A DNA stretch of 64,000 bases from Neoechinorhynchus agilis (taxonomy: Eukaryota > Animalia > Acanthocephala), in the NCBI GenBank assembly GCA_051530055.1, contig CM121341.1, forward strand, positions 19,012,784-19,076,783, read 5' to 3'. The notes beneath the pieces are model-generated. The model was not told the origin of the DNA and made no database searches. It was given only the letters and a program-made list of their open reading frames with translations. Position numbers and translations under genes: made by a program. The number at the start of each line of letters is the position of its first letter. Position 1 is the first letter of the stretch. Shown here piece by piece: positions 11,638-24,600 of the stretch.

Positions 11638-12654
11638 CTACCAGGGAACGTTGCTGACTCCACTATACTTTCGCCGTTGTTTCTCTTTCATTTCCTTTGT
11701 GTATGAACCGGTAATTCGTCCAGGAACATTTGCCTGTCCCATTTCGATGTGAATATAATGTACAAAGCAACCGGACGTAAGATTAAAGCAACCGATGCAA
11801 TTGATTGATTCCTTGACATACTGTTCTTTGGTTTGAACAAACCATTTCGGACGAGGAACCTTATCTGGACGATTTCCGGTCATCATTTTGGTCGCAACAT
11901 AACCGGGAAACAAGCACTGAACTTCAATTTTGTTTTTAAGTTCGTGTCGGAGTGCCCTTGAGAAGGAAATTATACACGCTTTGCTGGCTGTGTAGGCCGT
12001 AAGATGGGGCATTTGAATGTGCCCGCTAGCAGCACTAACATTAACAATCAATGGTCTTTTTGATACGGACTTTAGCATGTGCGGTATCGCGATCCGTGTC
12101 ATTTGCATGGCCGACGTAATATTTACATGAACGATTTTATCCAACAGTTTAGGATTAACTTCTTCAAGGGCTCTTAGGCGATCGTAGGTAACGCCAACGT
12201 TATTGATCAAAATACCAATATCGACCTGTCCATTAGGTGTTCCGCATTTCTCCACGAGTTCGCGCTCTATCCTTCCATAAAATTCAATTCCATGCTGCCC
12301 GAAATCCGCCTGAATTACAACAATATCGATTTGTGGCAATTCCGCGGCTAACTCATTCCTTACACGGTCCAGTTTTTCTTGTGATCTGCTAATAAGAACA
12401 AGATGGAATCCCAGTTTACCGTATTGTTTTGCGTACTCGAGTCCGATTCCGTCTGTAGAGCCAGTAATAATAACCCACTTTCCCATTTGGGCCGGGCATA
12501 GAATGGCCGAACGAGGTTTAAGTTTAAAGACATAAAAAGTGAACAAAAGTTCACAAATAATACGAGTAATTTTGAATATGGTCCTCAGTGCTGCCACTAG
12601 GAACACTAATGCTATTAGTGTAGAGCTAGACAAAAACTTTAAGTTGGTCACCAT
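11638..12654 (-). CDS. HSD17B12-like: Intronless HSD17B12/KAR-like SDR (paralogue 4); likely start at the ATG of MVTNLKF
   Basis: ORF with TM segment, WVIITGSTDGIGLEYA, ILINNVG and YTASK; the track start at 12771 is a GTG. Confidence 0.9.
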   Translation of the reverse strand: MVTNLKFLSSSTLIALVFLVAALRTIFKITRIICELLFTFYVFKLKPRSAILCPAQMGKWVIITGSTDGIGLEYAKQYGKLGFHLVLISRSQEKLDRVRNELAAELPQIDIVVIQADFGQHGIEFYGRIERELVEKCGTPNGQVDIGILINNVGVTYDRLRALEEVNPKLLDKIVHVNITSAMQMTRIAIPHMLKSVSKRPLIVNVSAASGHIQMPHLTAYTASKACIISFSRALRHELKNKIEVQCLFPGYVATKMMTGNRPDKVPRPKWFVQTKEQYVKESINCIGCFNLTSGCFVHYIHIEMGQANVPGRITGSYTKEMKEKQRRKYSGVSNVPW

Positions 12655-12994
12655 GGATTCGGGATGTGTCGAATTGAAACGGGTCAAAATGCCCTCGCGG
12701 CAACTTTTAGCAAGAAAAGAGCAACGAACAGGTACTTGCAACACCTTATCTATCACCAAACAGTGTGTCACTCCTTTGCAGACGCAGCAGCAGCCAATGA
12801 TTCAATGCCATAACGGGGTGTCAAAAACCGTCCGATGAAGTCAAAAGCAATTGCTATCCGAAAACCCAAATGCGACTTGGGTTTAAAGCGTTCATCTTCA
12901 TCGTGTTCGTATAGAAAATGCAAAAACCTTATTTCGGCGATTGCAAGCGCTGCCATTGTCTTTTAGACATCAAATAGGATCTATTAAGAAAAAC

Positions 12995-13450
12995 TTAATT
13001 ATATTGGATCATGCGAGTTTTATTGTCTTTCAATTCCTCAGCGTCTTCGACAAGCTCTTTAAGTTTTGCCTTTAGACCCTCTTCGACTTGAATCATTTCA
13101 TCTTTCGATATCCTAACTTTTTTTACACTTCCATGCAACTTGGAATATTCGTTTTTTAATTGTGCCACAGATTTGTCACACAAGTCTTTTGCTAGTTTAG
13201 AAAGTTGTTGACGCCTCTCTCCAGACATTTTTGGTATATGGATAAAAATTGAGTCCGCTTCAGTTCTCGTACTGTACCCAGATCTATCCAAGGCCGATTG
13301 AATCGGTACCATTAAATCGATACTAGGCACCTGAACCATAAATATTGCACTCGGTTGTTTTTCGTGTACCAGTGCAAGCTCGCCCAAACTTTTTATGCTG
13401 CCTGACTTGTTTTTCTTATTCGCAGCACTGTGAGCCGCCCGATCATTCAA
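12995..13450 (-). CDS. MRRF-like: Mitochondrial ribosome recycling factor-like protein, C-terminal exon (5' end unresolved)
   Basis: SLGELALVHEK..IQSALDRSG..IFIHIPKMSGERRQQLSKLAK resembles the RRF motif IPxxxxERRxxLxKxAK, followed by a helical bundle. Confidence 0.6.
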   Translation of the reverse strand: MNDRAAHSAANKKNKSGSIKSLGELALVHEKQPSAIFMVQVPSIDLMVPIQSALDRSGYSTRTEADSIFIHIPKMSGERRQQLSKLAKDLCDKSVAQLKNEYSKLHGSVKKVRISKDEMIQVEEGLKAKLKELVEDAEELKDNKTRMIQYN

Positions 13451-13699
13451 ATTTACTTTTAAGGGTGACTCTACTGTTCATAGATATAAAGTAAATAAAG
13501 GTTACAAATTTTGTTCAATCTAAAATATTAAAAATGACCACAAACACATTTCTGTTTATGACATATTCGTCGTTTTTTCGAAAAGAGACGTTTTCTCATC
13601 GAATTTTTCATTAGTCTCCAACTTATTTTAGCACGACTGCACGCATGGAAAAGCGCATTTTAGCGAGGAATTTATCTCCGATATTACACGCCGGATAAT

Positions 13700-14330
13700 T
13701 CCGACATTTTTCCAAGGTTTGGCTTTAAAATCACAAAAATTATAGCGTTATTCTGTGGACTATATAAGTTCGGACAATAGGTACGCTAAATTCGTTTTCC
13801 TGGACTCATTGTCCACTTGAACCTCTAAGCTAGAGTACCGCTGCCCCTTCAATGGTAATTTCAAACTAATGCTGGTTTTATTACCTTCCATCGGTTGAAC
13901 TGAGCAGCTTATTTCCATGGTTTCCATTATCAAACGATTTCGTGAATATGGTTGTACGCTTATCACATATTCGCGCCATCAAAATCAACTTGATGTCCAC
14001 AATTCATCGTATGATTTGATAAAACTTAGAAAGCATCATAAAGCCAACATGCATATCTGTGCTGTGAGATCCTTTTGCTGAGTCCCTGTTTGGTCTGTCC
14101 CACATATTTGGCTGGGCAGTCTTTGTAGTGGACCTCGTATACAACTTTATGCTGCTCATATTTTGGCTTTCCAGGCTACGCAAATCCGTCTTAGGTACGA
14201 CTGAATTGCATTGTCTACAAATTTTATCCCTATTTATTTGTGTTTGTCATTCTCAGTACATGTCAGGATTTTTTTCTCGTTTGTGGAAAGCTCTTCTTAT
14301 CGCCAATTCGGGATAGCCAATCGCTCTCAG
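13700..14330 (-). mobile_element. Degenerate Penelope GIY-YIG remnant
   Basis: Reads KVVYEVHYKDCPAKYVGQTKQGLSKRISQH...HTMNCGHQVDFDGAN, then RNRLIMETMEI..PMEGNK, with stops. Confidence 0.8.
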
Positions 14331-14429
14331 AGTTTGAGTAATGGAACGTATTTCAGCTTGTCGTAACCTGTATGCTGAGCATATTTTATGGGCTCTCAGA
14401 AAAAGGGATACTGCTGCAGATATGTTATA

Positions 14430-14900
14430 TAAGATATTAATGATACGCTTAATTATCCCGCTGAATATTTAAACAGACTTACGCCTTCAGGAATATCACC
14501 ACATTGCTTGACCTTAAAAAAAGGAGCAATAATAATTATGCTTTGAAATTTAAATAAGGATAAAGGACTATAAATGGCATTCGCCCCATCGTAATAGATA
14601 TTATGATGCACTCAATAAAAGCCAAAGTTATTTCGGAAAGGAACTAAGGAGAAGTTTTGATACCTCGTATAACTCTTCAAACAAAGTGACACCATTTTAC
14701 CATTTACTTTAAAGCGGCGGCAGTTTCCTATTATTCCAGAATTGGCAATTACTATTAATAAGTCGCAAGGGCAAACATTTGAAAATCTAGCAATTGATTT
14801 ACAAACGTCAATCTTCTCTCGTGGACAACATTAGCTCACACTGTGACGTTCTAGAAATCCAAACAATGTCAAAATACAAATAAGAGATACTCGGTAACAA
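14430..14900 (+). mobile_element. Helitron PIF1-like helicase C-terminal remnant
   Basis: NYPAEYLNRLTPSGISPHCLTLKKGAIIIML*NLNKDKGL*NG..IPRITL..LKRRQFPI..LAITINKSQGQTFE..FSRGQ. Confidence 0.88.
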
Positions 14901-15630
14901 CGAAAAGTACTAAATGATCAGTCAGAATTTACAAGAAATGAAGTTTTCAAAAAGTACTTCAAGAAAATAATAATCCGAAATAACCAGTCCGTAGAATAAC
15001 GCTAATGTTCGTGTTTTAGATGACAAACCTTGATAGTGTCGAAATTATCCGACGTGAAATATCGGAAATAAACTAGTGAATTTAAATCCGTTGTGGCAAA
15101 ACTACCAAAAGAAAACAGGAAATTATGGAATCTTACAAAATAAAAAATTGAATTCTTCCAAAAATGAAAGCAAAGACACCCGAATAGCTTCGATCGATGC
15201 AATGCTCACCCGTAAAGTAACGTTGTTATCTAAGACTTCTTTCAAGTGATTAAGGATTCGCTGCGATCTACCTAGAAAATCATCATAATGCGGAATAAAA
15301 GAATTAAGCTCAACATCGTTCATGATTCCGACTCGAGCCATCTTCTTCGCAGATCTCGTCGCCACGTTAAATATACGAGTGATCATCCGAACCTGTCGCC
15401 AAACAAAAAAACGATGAAGGCCAATCAAAATGCGGGTTCATATCATTTAGATTCTTTCCGATAAAGGAACTATCGTAACCGTTTCAAATCAATTGTAATT
15501 ATTCAAAAGGGCCACTGTGATCTAGCAGAGACCGAACAATCGGTTGATCGGATGTACAGTAGCAGATCGGTAGGTCGACCTTCACAAGCCCATAAGGCTG
15601 ACCAGCGTAAGACGGTTTGTTTCAGCGATC

Positions 15631-18600
15631 AGTGGAAAGGCACACACGATGGCTATGAATATTTAGCTCTCGTCATTTTTATATAATCCGTGCCATCTCA
15701 TCATCATTGTCTCCTTTACCAACTCCGATTCACAATAGGAAATTGATATCATTTTCATCATCAAGTCGCGATACAAAACAAGTAAAACCTAAGAGTATTT
15801 CTAGTACCCTTTCCCGATATTTTTCTTTTAATAATCGATGGCAAGACGGGAAAAATAAAGTTGACTGATCTCTTAGAAGCGATTTTGGGAAGAAAAGATT
15901 TAAAAGTTTACAATTCAACTTTGTCGCATAGTTGGAAAATCGATTATTTTAGGAATGGTTCTATGACTAAGCGATTCGCTGTCTCCAAACGAAGTAGCTA
16001 AAACCTTACCAAAGACCTGATGAATCCAAGAATTTTTAAGGCACGCAAACACAATGATGCGATTGCCTGCCATTTTTCTATTACCTAAGATAGAACGATA
16101 TTGGGAGAAAAAGGTGGCGAGAAATCTCGGAAAAAACAATCGTCTTGAACGGTTGAAGAACTCATTATTTAATATGTTGTAGCAACGTAGGCAGTTACCG
16201 TGATCCGGACATTCCGAAAACAAATAATAAGAATTCCAAAATTTTAAATGTTTGATCTTCGGGAATCCCGTTGCTCGGATTCTATTTTGATTTACCAGAG
16301 TTAGAGTGGAATCTTAAATAAAACTAGATCCCGAATTTCCTGGCTTACTTTGCGTGCCGTGCAAATCTTGATCTCTTTCCGAGTAGCAACATTAACAAAG
16401 ATTCTATTTCGAAATGTCGGAACTAATAGAAGACAAACGAATGTCGAGGGACTCAGTGGAAAGGCACACACGATGGCTATGAATATTTAGCTCTCGTCAT
16501 TTTTATATAATCCGTGCCATCTCATCATCATTGTCTTCTTTACCCACTACGATTCGCAATAGGAAATTGATATCATTTGCTTTATCAAGTCGCGATACAA
16601 AACAAGTAAAACCCAAGAGTATTTCTAGTACCCTTTCTCGATATTTTTCTTTTAATAATCGATTAAAAGACGGGAAAAATAAAGTTGACTGATCTCCTAG
16701 AAGCGATTTTGGAAAGAAAAGATTTAAAAGTTTAATATTCAACTTTGTCGCATAGTTGGAAGATCCATTCCTGTAAGAATGGTACTATGACTTAGCTATT
16801 CGCTGTCTGCTAACGAAGTATCCAAAACCTTACCAAGGACCGGATGATTCCTAGCATTTTTAAGGTACGCAAACACAATAATTCGATTGCCAGCCATTTT
16901 TCTATTACCTGAAGTAGAACGAAATTGGGAGAAAAAGATGGCGAGAAATCTCGGAAAAAACAATCGTCTTGAACGATTGAAGAACTCATTATTTAAGATG
17001 TTGTAGCAACGTAGGCAGTTGCCATGATCCGGACATTCCGGAAACAAATAATAAGAATTCCAAAATTTTAAACGATTGATCTGTGGGAATCCCGTTGCTC
17101 GGATTCTATTTTGATTTACCAGAGTTAGAGTAAAATCTTAAATAAAACTAGATCCCGAATTTCCTGGCTTACTTTGCGTGCCGTGCAAATCTGGATCTCT
17201 TTCCGAGTAGCAACATTAACAAAGATTCTACTTCGAAATGTCGGAACTAATAGAAGACAAACGAATGGCGAGGGACTCAGTGGAAAGGCACACACGATGG
17301 CTATGAATATTTAGCTCTCGTCATTTTTATATAATCCGTGCCATCTCATCATCATTGTCTTCTTTACCCACTACGATTCGCAATAGGAAATTGATATCAT
17401 TTGCTTTATCAAGTCGCGATACAAAACAAGTAAAACCCAAGAGTATTTCTAGTACCCTTTCTCGATATTTTTCTTTTAATAATCGATGGAAAGACGGGAA
17501 AAATAAAGTTGACTGATCTCTTAGAAGCGATTTTGGAAAGAAAAGATTTAAAGTTTACTATTCCACTTTGTCGCATAGTTGGAAGATCCATTCCTGTAAG
17601 AATGGTACTATGACTTAGCTATTCGCTGTCTGCTAACGAAGTATCCAAAACCTTACCAAGGACCGGATGATTCCTAGCATTTTTTAAGGTACGCAAACAC
17701 AATAATTCGATTACCAGCCATTTTTATAATACCTGAAGTAGAACGAAATTGGGAGAAAAAGATGGCGAGAAATCTCGGAAAAAACAATCGTCTTGAACGA
17801 TCGAAGAGCTAATTATTTAAGATGTTGTAGAGAAGTAGGCAGTTGCCATGATCCGGACATTCCGGAAACAAATAATAGGAATTCCAAAATTTTAAACGAT
17901 TTATCTGTGGGAATCCCGTTGCTCGGATTGTATTTTGATTTACCAGAGTTAGAGTAAAATCTTAAATAAAACTAGATCCCGAATTTCCTGGCTTACTTTG
18001 CGTGCCGTGCAAATCTGTATCGCTTTCCGAGTAGAAACATTAACAAAGATTCTACTTCGAAATGTCGGAACTAATAGAAGACAAACGAATGGCGAGGGAC
18101 TCAGTGGAAAGGCACACACGATGGCTATGAATATTTAGCTCTCGTCATTTTTATATAATCCGTGCCATCTCATCATCATTGTCTCCTTTACCCACTACGA
18201 TTCGCAATAGGAAATTGATATCATTTGCTTTATCAAGTCGCGATACAAAACAAGTAAAACCCAAGAGTATTTCTAGTACCCTTTCTCGATATTTTTCTTT
18301 TAATAATCGATGGAAAGACGGGAAAAATAATGTTGACTGATCTCTTAGAAGCGATTTTGGAAAGAAAAGATTTAAAGTTTACTATTCCACTTTGTCGCAT
18401 AGTTGGAAGATCCATTCCTGTAAGGATGGTACTATGACTTAGCTTTTCACTGTCTGCTAACGAAGTATCCAAAACCTTACCAAGGACCGGACGATTCCTA
18501 GCATTTTTAAGGTACGCAAACACAATAATTCGATTGCTAGCCATTTTTCTATTACCTGAAGTAGAACGAAATTGGGAGAAAAAGATGGTGAGAAATCTCG

Positions 18601-21600
18601 GAAAAAACAATCGTCTTGAACGATTGAAGAACTCATCATTTAAGATGTTGTAGCAACGTAGGCAGTTGCCATGATCCGGACATTCCGGAAACAAATAATA
18701 AGAATTCCAAAATTTTAAATGATTGATCTGTGGAAATCCCGTTGCTCGGATTCTATTTTGATTTACCGGAGTTAGAGTGGAATCTTAAATAAAACTAGAT
18801 CCCGAATTTCCTGGCTTACTTTGCGTGCCGTGCAAATCTTGATCTCTTTCCGAGTAGCAACATTAACAAAGATTCTATTTCGAAATGTCGGAACTAATAG
18901 AAGACAAACGCAAGGCGAGGGACTCAATGGAAAGGCACACACGATGGCTATGAATATTTAGCTCTCGTGATTTTTATATAATCCGTGCCATCTCATCATC
19001 ATTGTCTCCTTTACCCACTACGATTCGCAATAGGAAATTGATATCATTTGCTTTATCAAGACGCGATACAAAACAAGTAAAACCCAAGAGTGTTTCTAGT
19101 ACCCTTTCTCGATATTTTTCTTTTAATAATCGATTAAAAGACGGGAAAAATAAAGTTGACTGATCTCCTGGAAGCGATTAAGGAAAGAAAAGATTTAAAA
19201 GTTTAATATTCAACTTTGTCGCATAGTTGGAAGATCCATTCCTGTAAGAATGGTACTGACTTAGCTATTCACTGTCTGCTAACGAAGTATCCAAAACTTT
19301 ACCAATGGCCGGACGATTCCTAGCATTGGTAATCTACGCAAACACAATAATTCGATTGCTAGCCATTTTTCTATTACCTGAAGTAGAACGAAATTGGGAG
19401 ATAAAAAGTTTGCGAGAAATCTCGGAAAAAATAATCGTCTTGAACGATTGAAGAATTTATTATTAAAGATGTTGTAGCAACGTAGCCAGTTGCCATGATC
19501 CGGACATTCCGGAAACAAATAATAAGAATTCCACAATATTAAACGATTGATCTGTGGGAATCCCGTTGCTCGGATTCTATTTTGATTTACCAGAGTTAGA
19601 GTTTAATCTTAAATAAAACTAGATCCCGAATTTCCTGGCTTACTTTGCGTGCCGTGCAAATCTGGATCTCTTTCCGAGTAGCAACATTAACAAAGATTCT
19701 ACTTCGAAATGTCGGAACTAATAGAAGACAAACGAATGGCGAGGGACTCAGTGGAAAGGCACACACGATGGCTATGAATATTTAGCTCTCGTCATTTTTA
19801 TATAATCCGTGCCATCTCATCATCATTGTCTCCTTTACCCACTACGATTCGCAATAGGAAATTGATATCATTTGCTTTATCAAGTCGCGATACAAAACAA
19901 GTAAAACCCAAGAGTATTTCTAGTACCCTTTCTCGATATTTTTCTTTTAATAATCGATGAAAAGACGGGAAAAATAAAGTTGACTGATCTCTTAGAAGCG
20001 ATTTTGGAAAGAAAAGATTTAAAGTTTACTATTCCACTTTGTCGCATAGTTGGAAGATCCATTCCTGTAAGAATGGTACTATGACTTAGCTATTCGCTGT
20101 CTGCTAACGAAGTATCCAAAACCTTACCAAGGACCGGATGATTCCTAGCATTTTTAAGGTACGCAAACACAATAATTCGATTGCTAGCCATTTTTCTATT
20201 ACCTGAAGTAGAACGAAATTGGGAGAAAAAGATGGCGAGAAATCTCGGAAAAAACAATCGTCTTGAACGATTGAAGAACTCATTATTTAAGATGTTGTAG
20301 CAACGTAGGCAGTTGCCATGATCCGGACATTCCGGAAACAAATAATAAGAATTCCAAAATTTTAAATGATTGATCTGTGGGAATCCCGTTGCTCGGATTC
20401 TATTTTGATTTACCAGAGTTAGAGTGGAATCTTAAATAAAACTAGATCCCGAATTTCCTGGCTTACTTTGCGTGCCGTGCAAATCTTGATCTCTTTCCGA
20501 GTAGCAACATTAACAAAGATTCTATTTCGAAATGTCGGAACTAATAGAAGACAAACGAATGGCGAGGGACTCAGTGGAAAGGCACACACGATGGCTATGA
20601 ATATTTAGCTCTCGTCATTTTTATATAATCCGTGCCATCTCATCATCATTGTCTCCTTTACCCACTACGATTCGCAATAGGAAATTGATATCATTTGCTT
20701 TATCAAGTCGCGATACAAAACAAGTAAAACCCAAGAGTATTTCTAGTACCCTTTCTCGATATTTTTCTTTTAATAATCGATTAAAAGACGGGAAAAATAA
20801 AGTTGACTGATCTCCTAGAAGCGATTTTGGAAAGAAAAGATTTAAAAGTTTAATATTCAACTTTGTCGCATAGTTGGAAGATCCATTCCTGTAAGAATGG
20901 TACTATGACTTAGCTATTCACTGTCTGCTAACGAAGTATCCAAAACCTTACCAAGGACCGGACGATTCCTAGCATTTTTAAGGTACGCAAACACAATAAT
21001 TCGATTGCTAGCCATTTTTCTATTACCTGAAGTAGAACGAAATTGGGAGAAAAAGATGGTGAGAAATCTCGGAAAAAACAATCGTCTTGAACGATTGAAG
21101 AACTCATCATTTAAGATGTTGTAGCAACGTAGGCAGTTGCCATGATCCGGACATTCCGGAAACAAATAATAAGAATTCCAAAATTTTAAATGATTGATCT
21201 GTGGAAATCCCGTTGCTCGGATTCTATTTTGATTTACCGGAGTTAGAGTGGAATCTTAAATAAAACTAGATCCCGAATTTCCTGGCTTACTTTGCGTGCC
21301 GTGCAAATCTTGATCTCTTTCCGAGTAGCAACATTAACAAAGATTCTATTTCGAAATGTCGGAACTAATAGAAGACAAACGCAAGGCGAGGGACTCAATG
21401 GAAAGGCACACACGATGGCTATGAATATTTAGCTCTCGTGATTTTTATATAATCCGTGCCATCTCATCATCATTGTCTCCTTTACCCACTACGATTCGCA
21501 ATAGGAAATTGATATCATTTGCTTTATCAAGACGCGATACAAAACAAGTAAAACCCAAGAGTGTTTCTAGTACCCTTTCTCGATATTTTTCTTTTAATAA

Positions 21601-24600
21601 TCGATTAAAAGACGGGAAAAATAAAGTTGACTGATCTCCTGGAAGCGATTAAGGAAAGAAAAGATTTAAAAGTTTAATATTAAACTTTGTCGCATAGTTG
21701 GAAGATCCATTCCTGTAAGAATGGTACTATGACTTAGCTATTCACTGTCTGCTAACGAAGTATCCAAAACTTTACCAATGGCCGGACGATTCCTAGCATT
21801 GGTAATCTACGCAAACACAATAATTCGATTGCTAGCCATTTTTCTATTACCTGAAGTAGAACGAAATTGGGAGATAAAAAGTTTGCGAGAAATCTCGGAA
21901 AAAATAATCGTCTTGAACGATTGAAGAATTTATTATTAAAGATGTTGTAGCAACGTAGCCAGTTGCCATGATCCGGACATTCCGGAAACAAATAATAAGA
22001 ATTCCACAATATTAAACGATTGATCTGTGGGAATCCCGTTGCTCGGATTCTATTTTGATTTACCAGAGTTAGAGTTTAATCTTCAATAAAACTAGATCCC
22101 GAATTTCCTGGCTTACTTTGCGTGCCGTGCAAATCTGGATCTCTTTCCGAGTAACAACATTAACAAAGATTCTACTTCAAAATGTCGGAACTAAAAGAAG
22201 ACAAACGAATGGCGAGGGACTCAGTGGAAAGGCACACACGATGGCTATGAATATTTAGCTCTCGTCATTTTTATATAATCCGTGCCATCTCATCATCATT
22301 GTCTCCTTTACCCACTACGATTCGCAATAGGAAATTGATATCATTTGCTTTATCAAGTCGCGATACAAAACAAGTAAAACCCAAGAGTATTTCTAGTACC
22401 CTTTCTCGATATTTTTCTTTTAATAATCGATTAAAAGACGGGAAAAATAAAGTTGACTGATCTCCGAGAAGCGATTTTGGAAAGAAAAGATTTAAAAGTT
22501 TAATATTCAACTTTGTCGCATAGTTGGAAGATCCATTCCTGTAAGAATGGTACTATGACTTAGCTATTCGCTGTCTGCTAACGAAGTATCCAAAACCTTA
22601 CCAAGGACCGGATGATTCCTAGCATTTTTTAAGGTACGCAAACACAATAATTCGATTACCAGCCATTTTTATAATACCTGAAGTAGAACGAAATTGGGAG
22701 AAAAAGATGGCGAGAAATCTCGGAAAAAAAATCGTCTTGAACGATCGAAGAGCTAATTATTTAAGATGTTGTAGCAAAGTAGGCAGTTGCCATGATCCGG
22801 ACATTCCGGAAACAAATAATAGGAATACCAAAATTTTAAACGATTTATCTGTGGGAATCCCGTTGCTCGGATTGTATTTTGATTTACCAGAGTTAGAGTA
22901 AAATCTTAAATAAAACTAGATCCCGAATTTCCTGGCTTACTTTGCGTGCCGTGCAAATCTGTATCGCTTTCCGAGTAGAAACATTAACAAAGATTCTACT
23001 TCGAAATGTCGGAACTAATAGAAGACAAACGAATGGCGAGGGACTCAGTGGAAAGGCACACACGATGGCTATGAATATTTAGCTCTCGTCATTTTTATAC
23101 AATCCGTGCCATCTCATCATCATTGTCTCCTTTACCCACTGCGATTCGCAATACGAAATTGATATCATTTGCTTTATCAAGTCGCGATACAAAACAAGTA
23201 AAACCCTATAGTATTTCTAGTACCCTTTCTCGATATTTTTCTTTTAATAATCGATGGAAAGACGGGAAAAATAATGTTGACTGATCTCTTAGAAGCGATT
23301 TTGGAAAGAAAAGATTTAAAGTTTACTATTCCACTTTGTCGCATAGTTGGAAGATCCATTCCTGTAGGGATGGTACTATGACTTAGCTTTTCACTGTCTG
23401 CTAACGAAGTATCCAAAACCTTACCAAGGACCGGACGATTCCTAGCATTTTTAAGGTACGCAAACACAATAATTCGATTGCTAGCCATTTTTCTATTACC
23501 TGAAGTAGAACGAAATTGGGAGAAAAAGATGGCGAGAAATCTCGGAAAAAACAATCGTCTTGAACGATTGAAGAACTCATCATTTAAGATGTTGTAGCAA
23601 CGTAGGCAGTTGCCATGATCCGGACATTCCGGAAACAAATAACAAGAATTCCAAAATTTTAAATGATTGATCTGTGGAAATCCCGTTGCTCGGATTCTAT
23701 TTTGATTTACCGGAGTTAGAGTGGAATCTTAAATAAAACTAGATCCCGAATTTCCTGGCTTACTTTGCGTGCCGTGCAAATCTTGATCTCTTTCCGAGTA
23801 GCAACATTAACAAAGATTCTATTTCGAAATGTCGGAACTAATAGAAGACAAACGCAAGGCGAGGGACTCAATGGAAAGGCACACACGATGGCTATGAATA
23901 TTTAGCTCTCGTGATTTTTATATAATCCGTGCCATCTCATCATCATTGTCTCCTTTACCCACTACGATTCGCAATAGGAAATTGATATCATTTGCTTTAT
24001 CAAGACGCGATACAAAACAAGTAAAACCCAAGAGTGTTTCTAGTACCCTTTCTCGATATTTTTCTTTTAATAATCGATTAAAAGACGGGAAAAATAAAGT
24101 TGACTGATCTCCTGGAAGCGATTAAGGAAAGAAAAGATTTAAAAGTTTAATATTCAACTTTGTCGCATAGTTGGAAGATCCATTCCTGTAAGAATGGTAC
24201 TATGACTTAGCTATTCACTGTCTGCTAACGAAGTATCCAAAACTTTACCAATGGCCGGACGATTCCTAGCATTGGTAATCTACGAAAACACAATAATTCG
24301 ATTGCTAGCCATTTTTCTATTACCTGAAGTAGAACGAAATTGGGAGATAAAAAGTTTGCGAGAAATCTCGGAAAAAATAATCGTCTTGAACGATTGAAGA
24401 ATTTATTATTAAAGATGTTGTAGCAACGTAGCCAGTTGCCATGATCCGGACATTCCGGAAACAAATAATAAGAATTCCACAATATTAAACGATTGATCTG
24501 TGGGAATCCCGTTGCTCGGATTCTATTTTGATTTACCAGAGTTAGAGGTTAATCTTCAATAAAACTAGATCCCGAATTTCCTGGCTTACTTTGCGTGCCG

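Noticed and set aside
12768-12956. 62-aa ORF between MRRF-like and SDR4 as an operon-style coupled gene
   Set aside because: Its apparent overlap is with a GTG pseudo-start; the real SDR start is probably 12654 and there is no homology support
13700-13745. Hammerhead at the 3' end of the 13.7-14.3 kb Penelope remnant
   Set aside because: Stem CCAA/TTGG and ..TGTCGG are present, but the catalytic core is too degraded to call
16010-16060. Hammerhead in array variant units (CTGATGA)
   Set aside because: No stem II and no GAAA follow; most units read CGGATGA
16790-16860. 5S rRNA resemblance in the unit (minus strand GGTCCTTGGTAAGGTTTTGGAT)
   Set aside because: Only a short loose match to the box C region; the rest of 5S cannot be aligned
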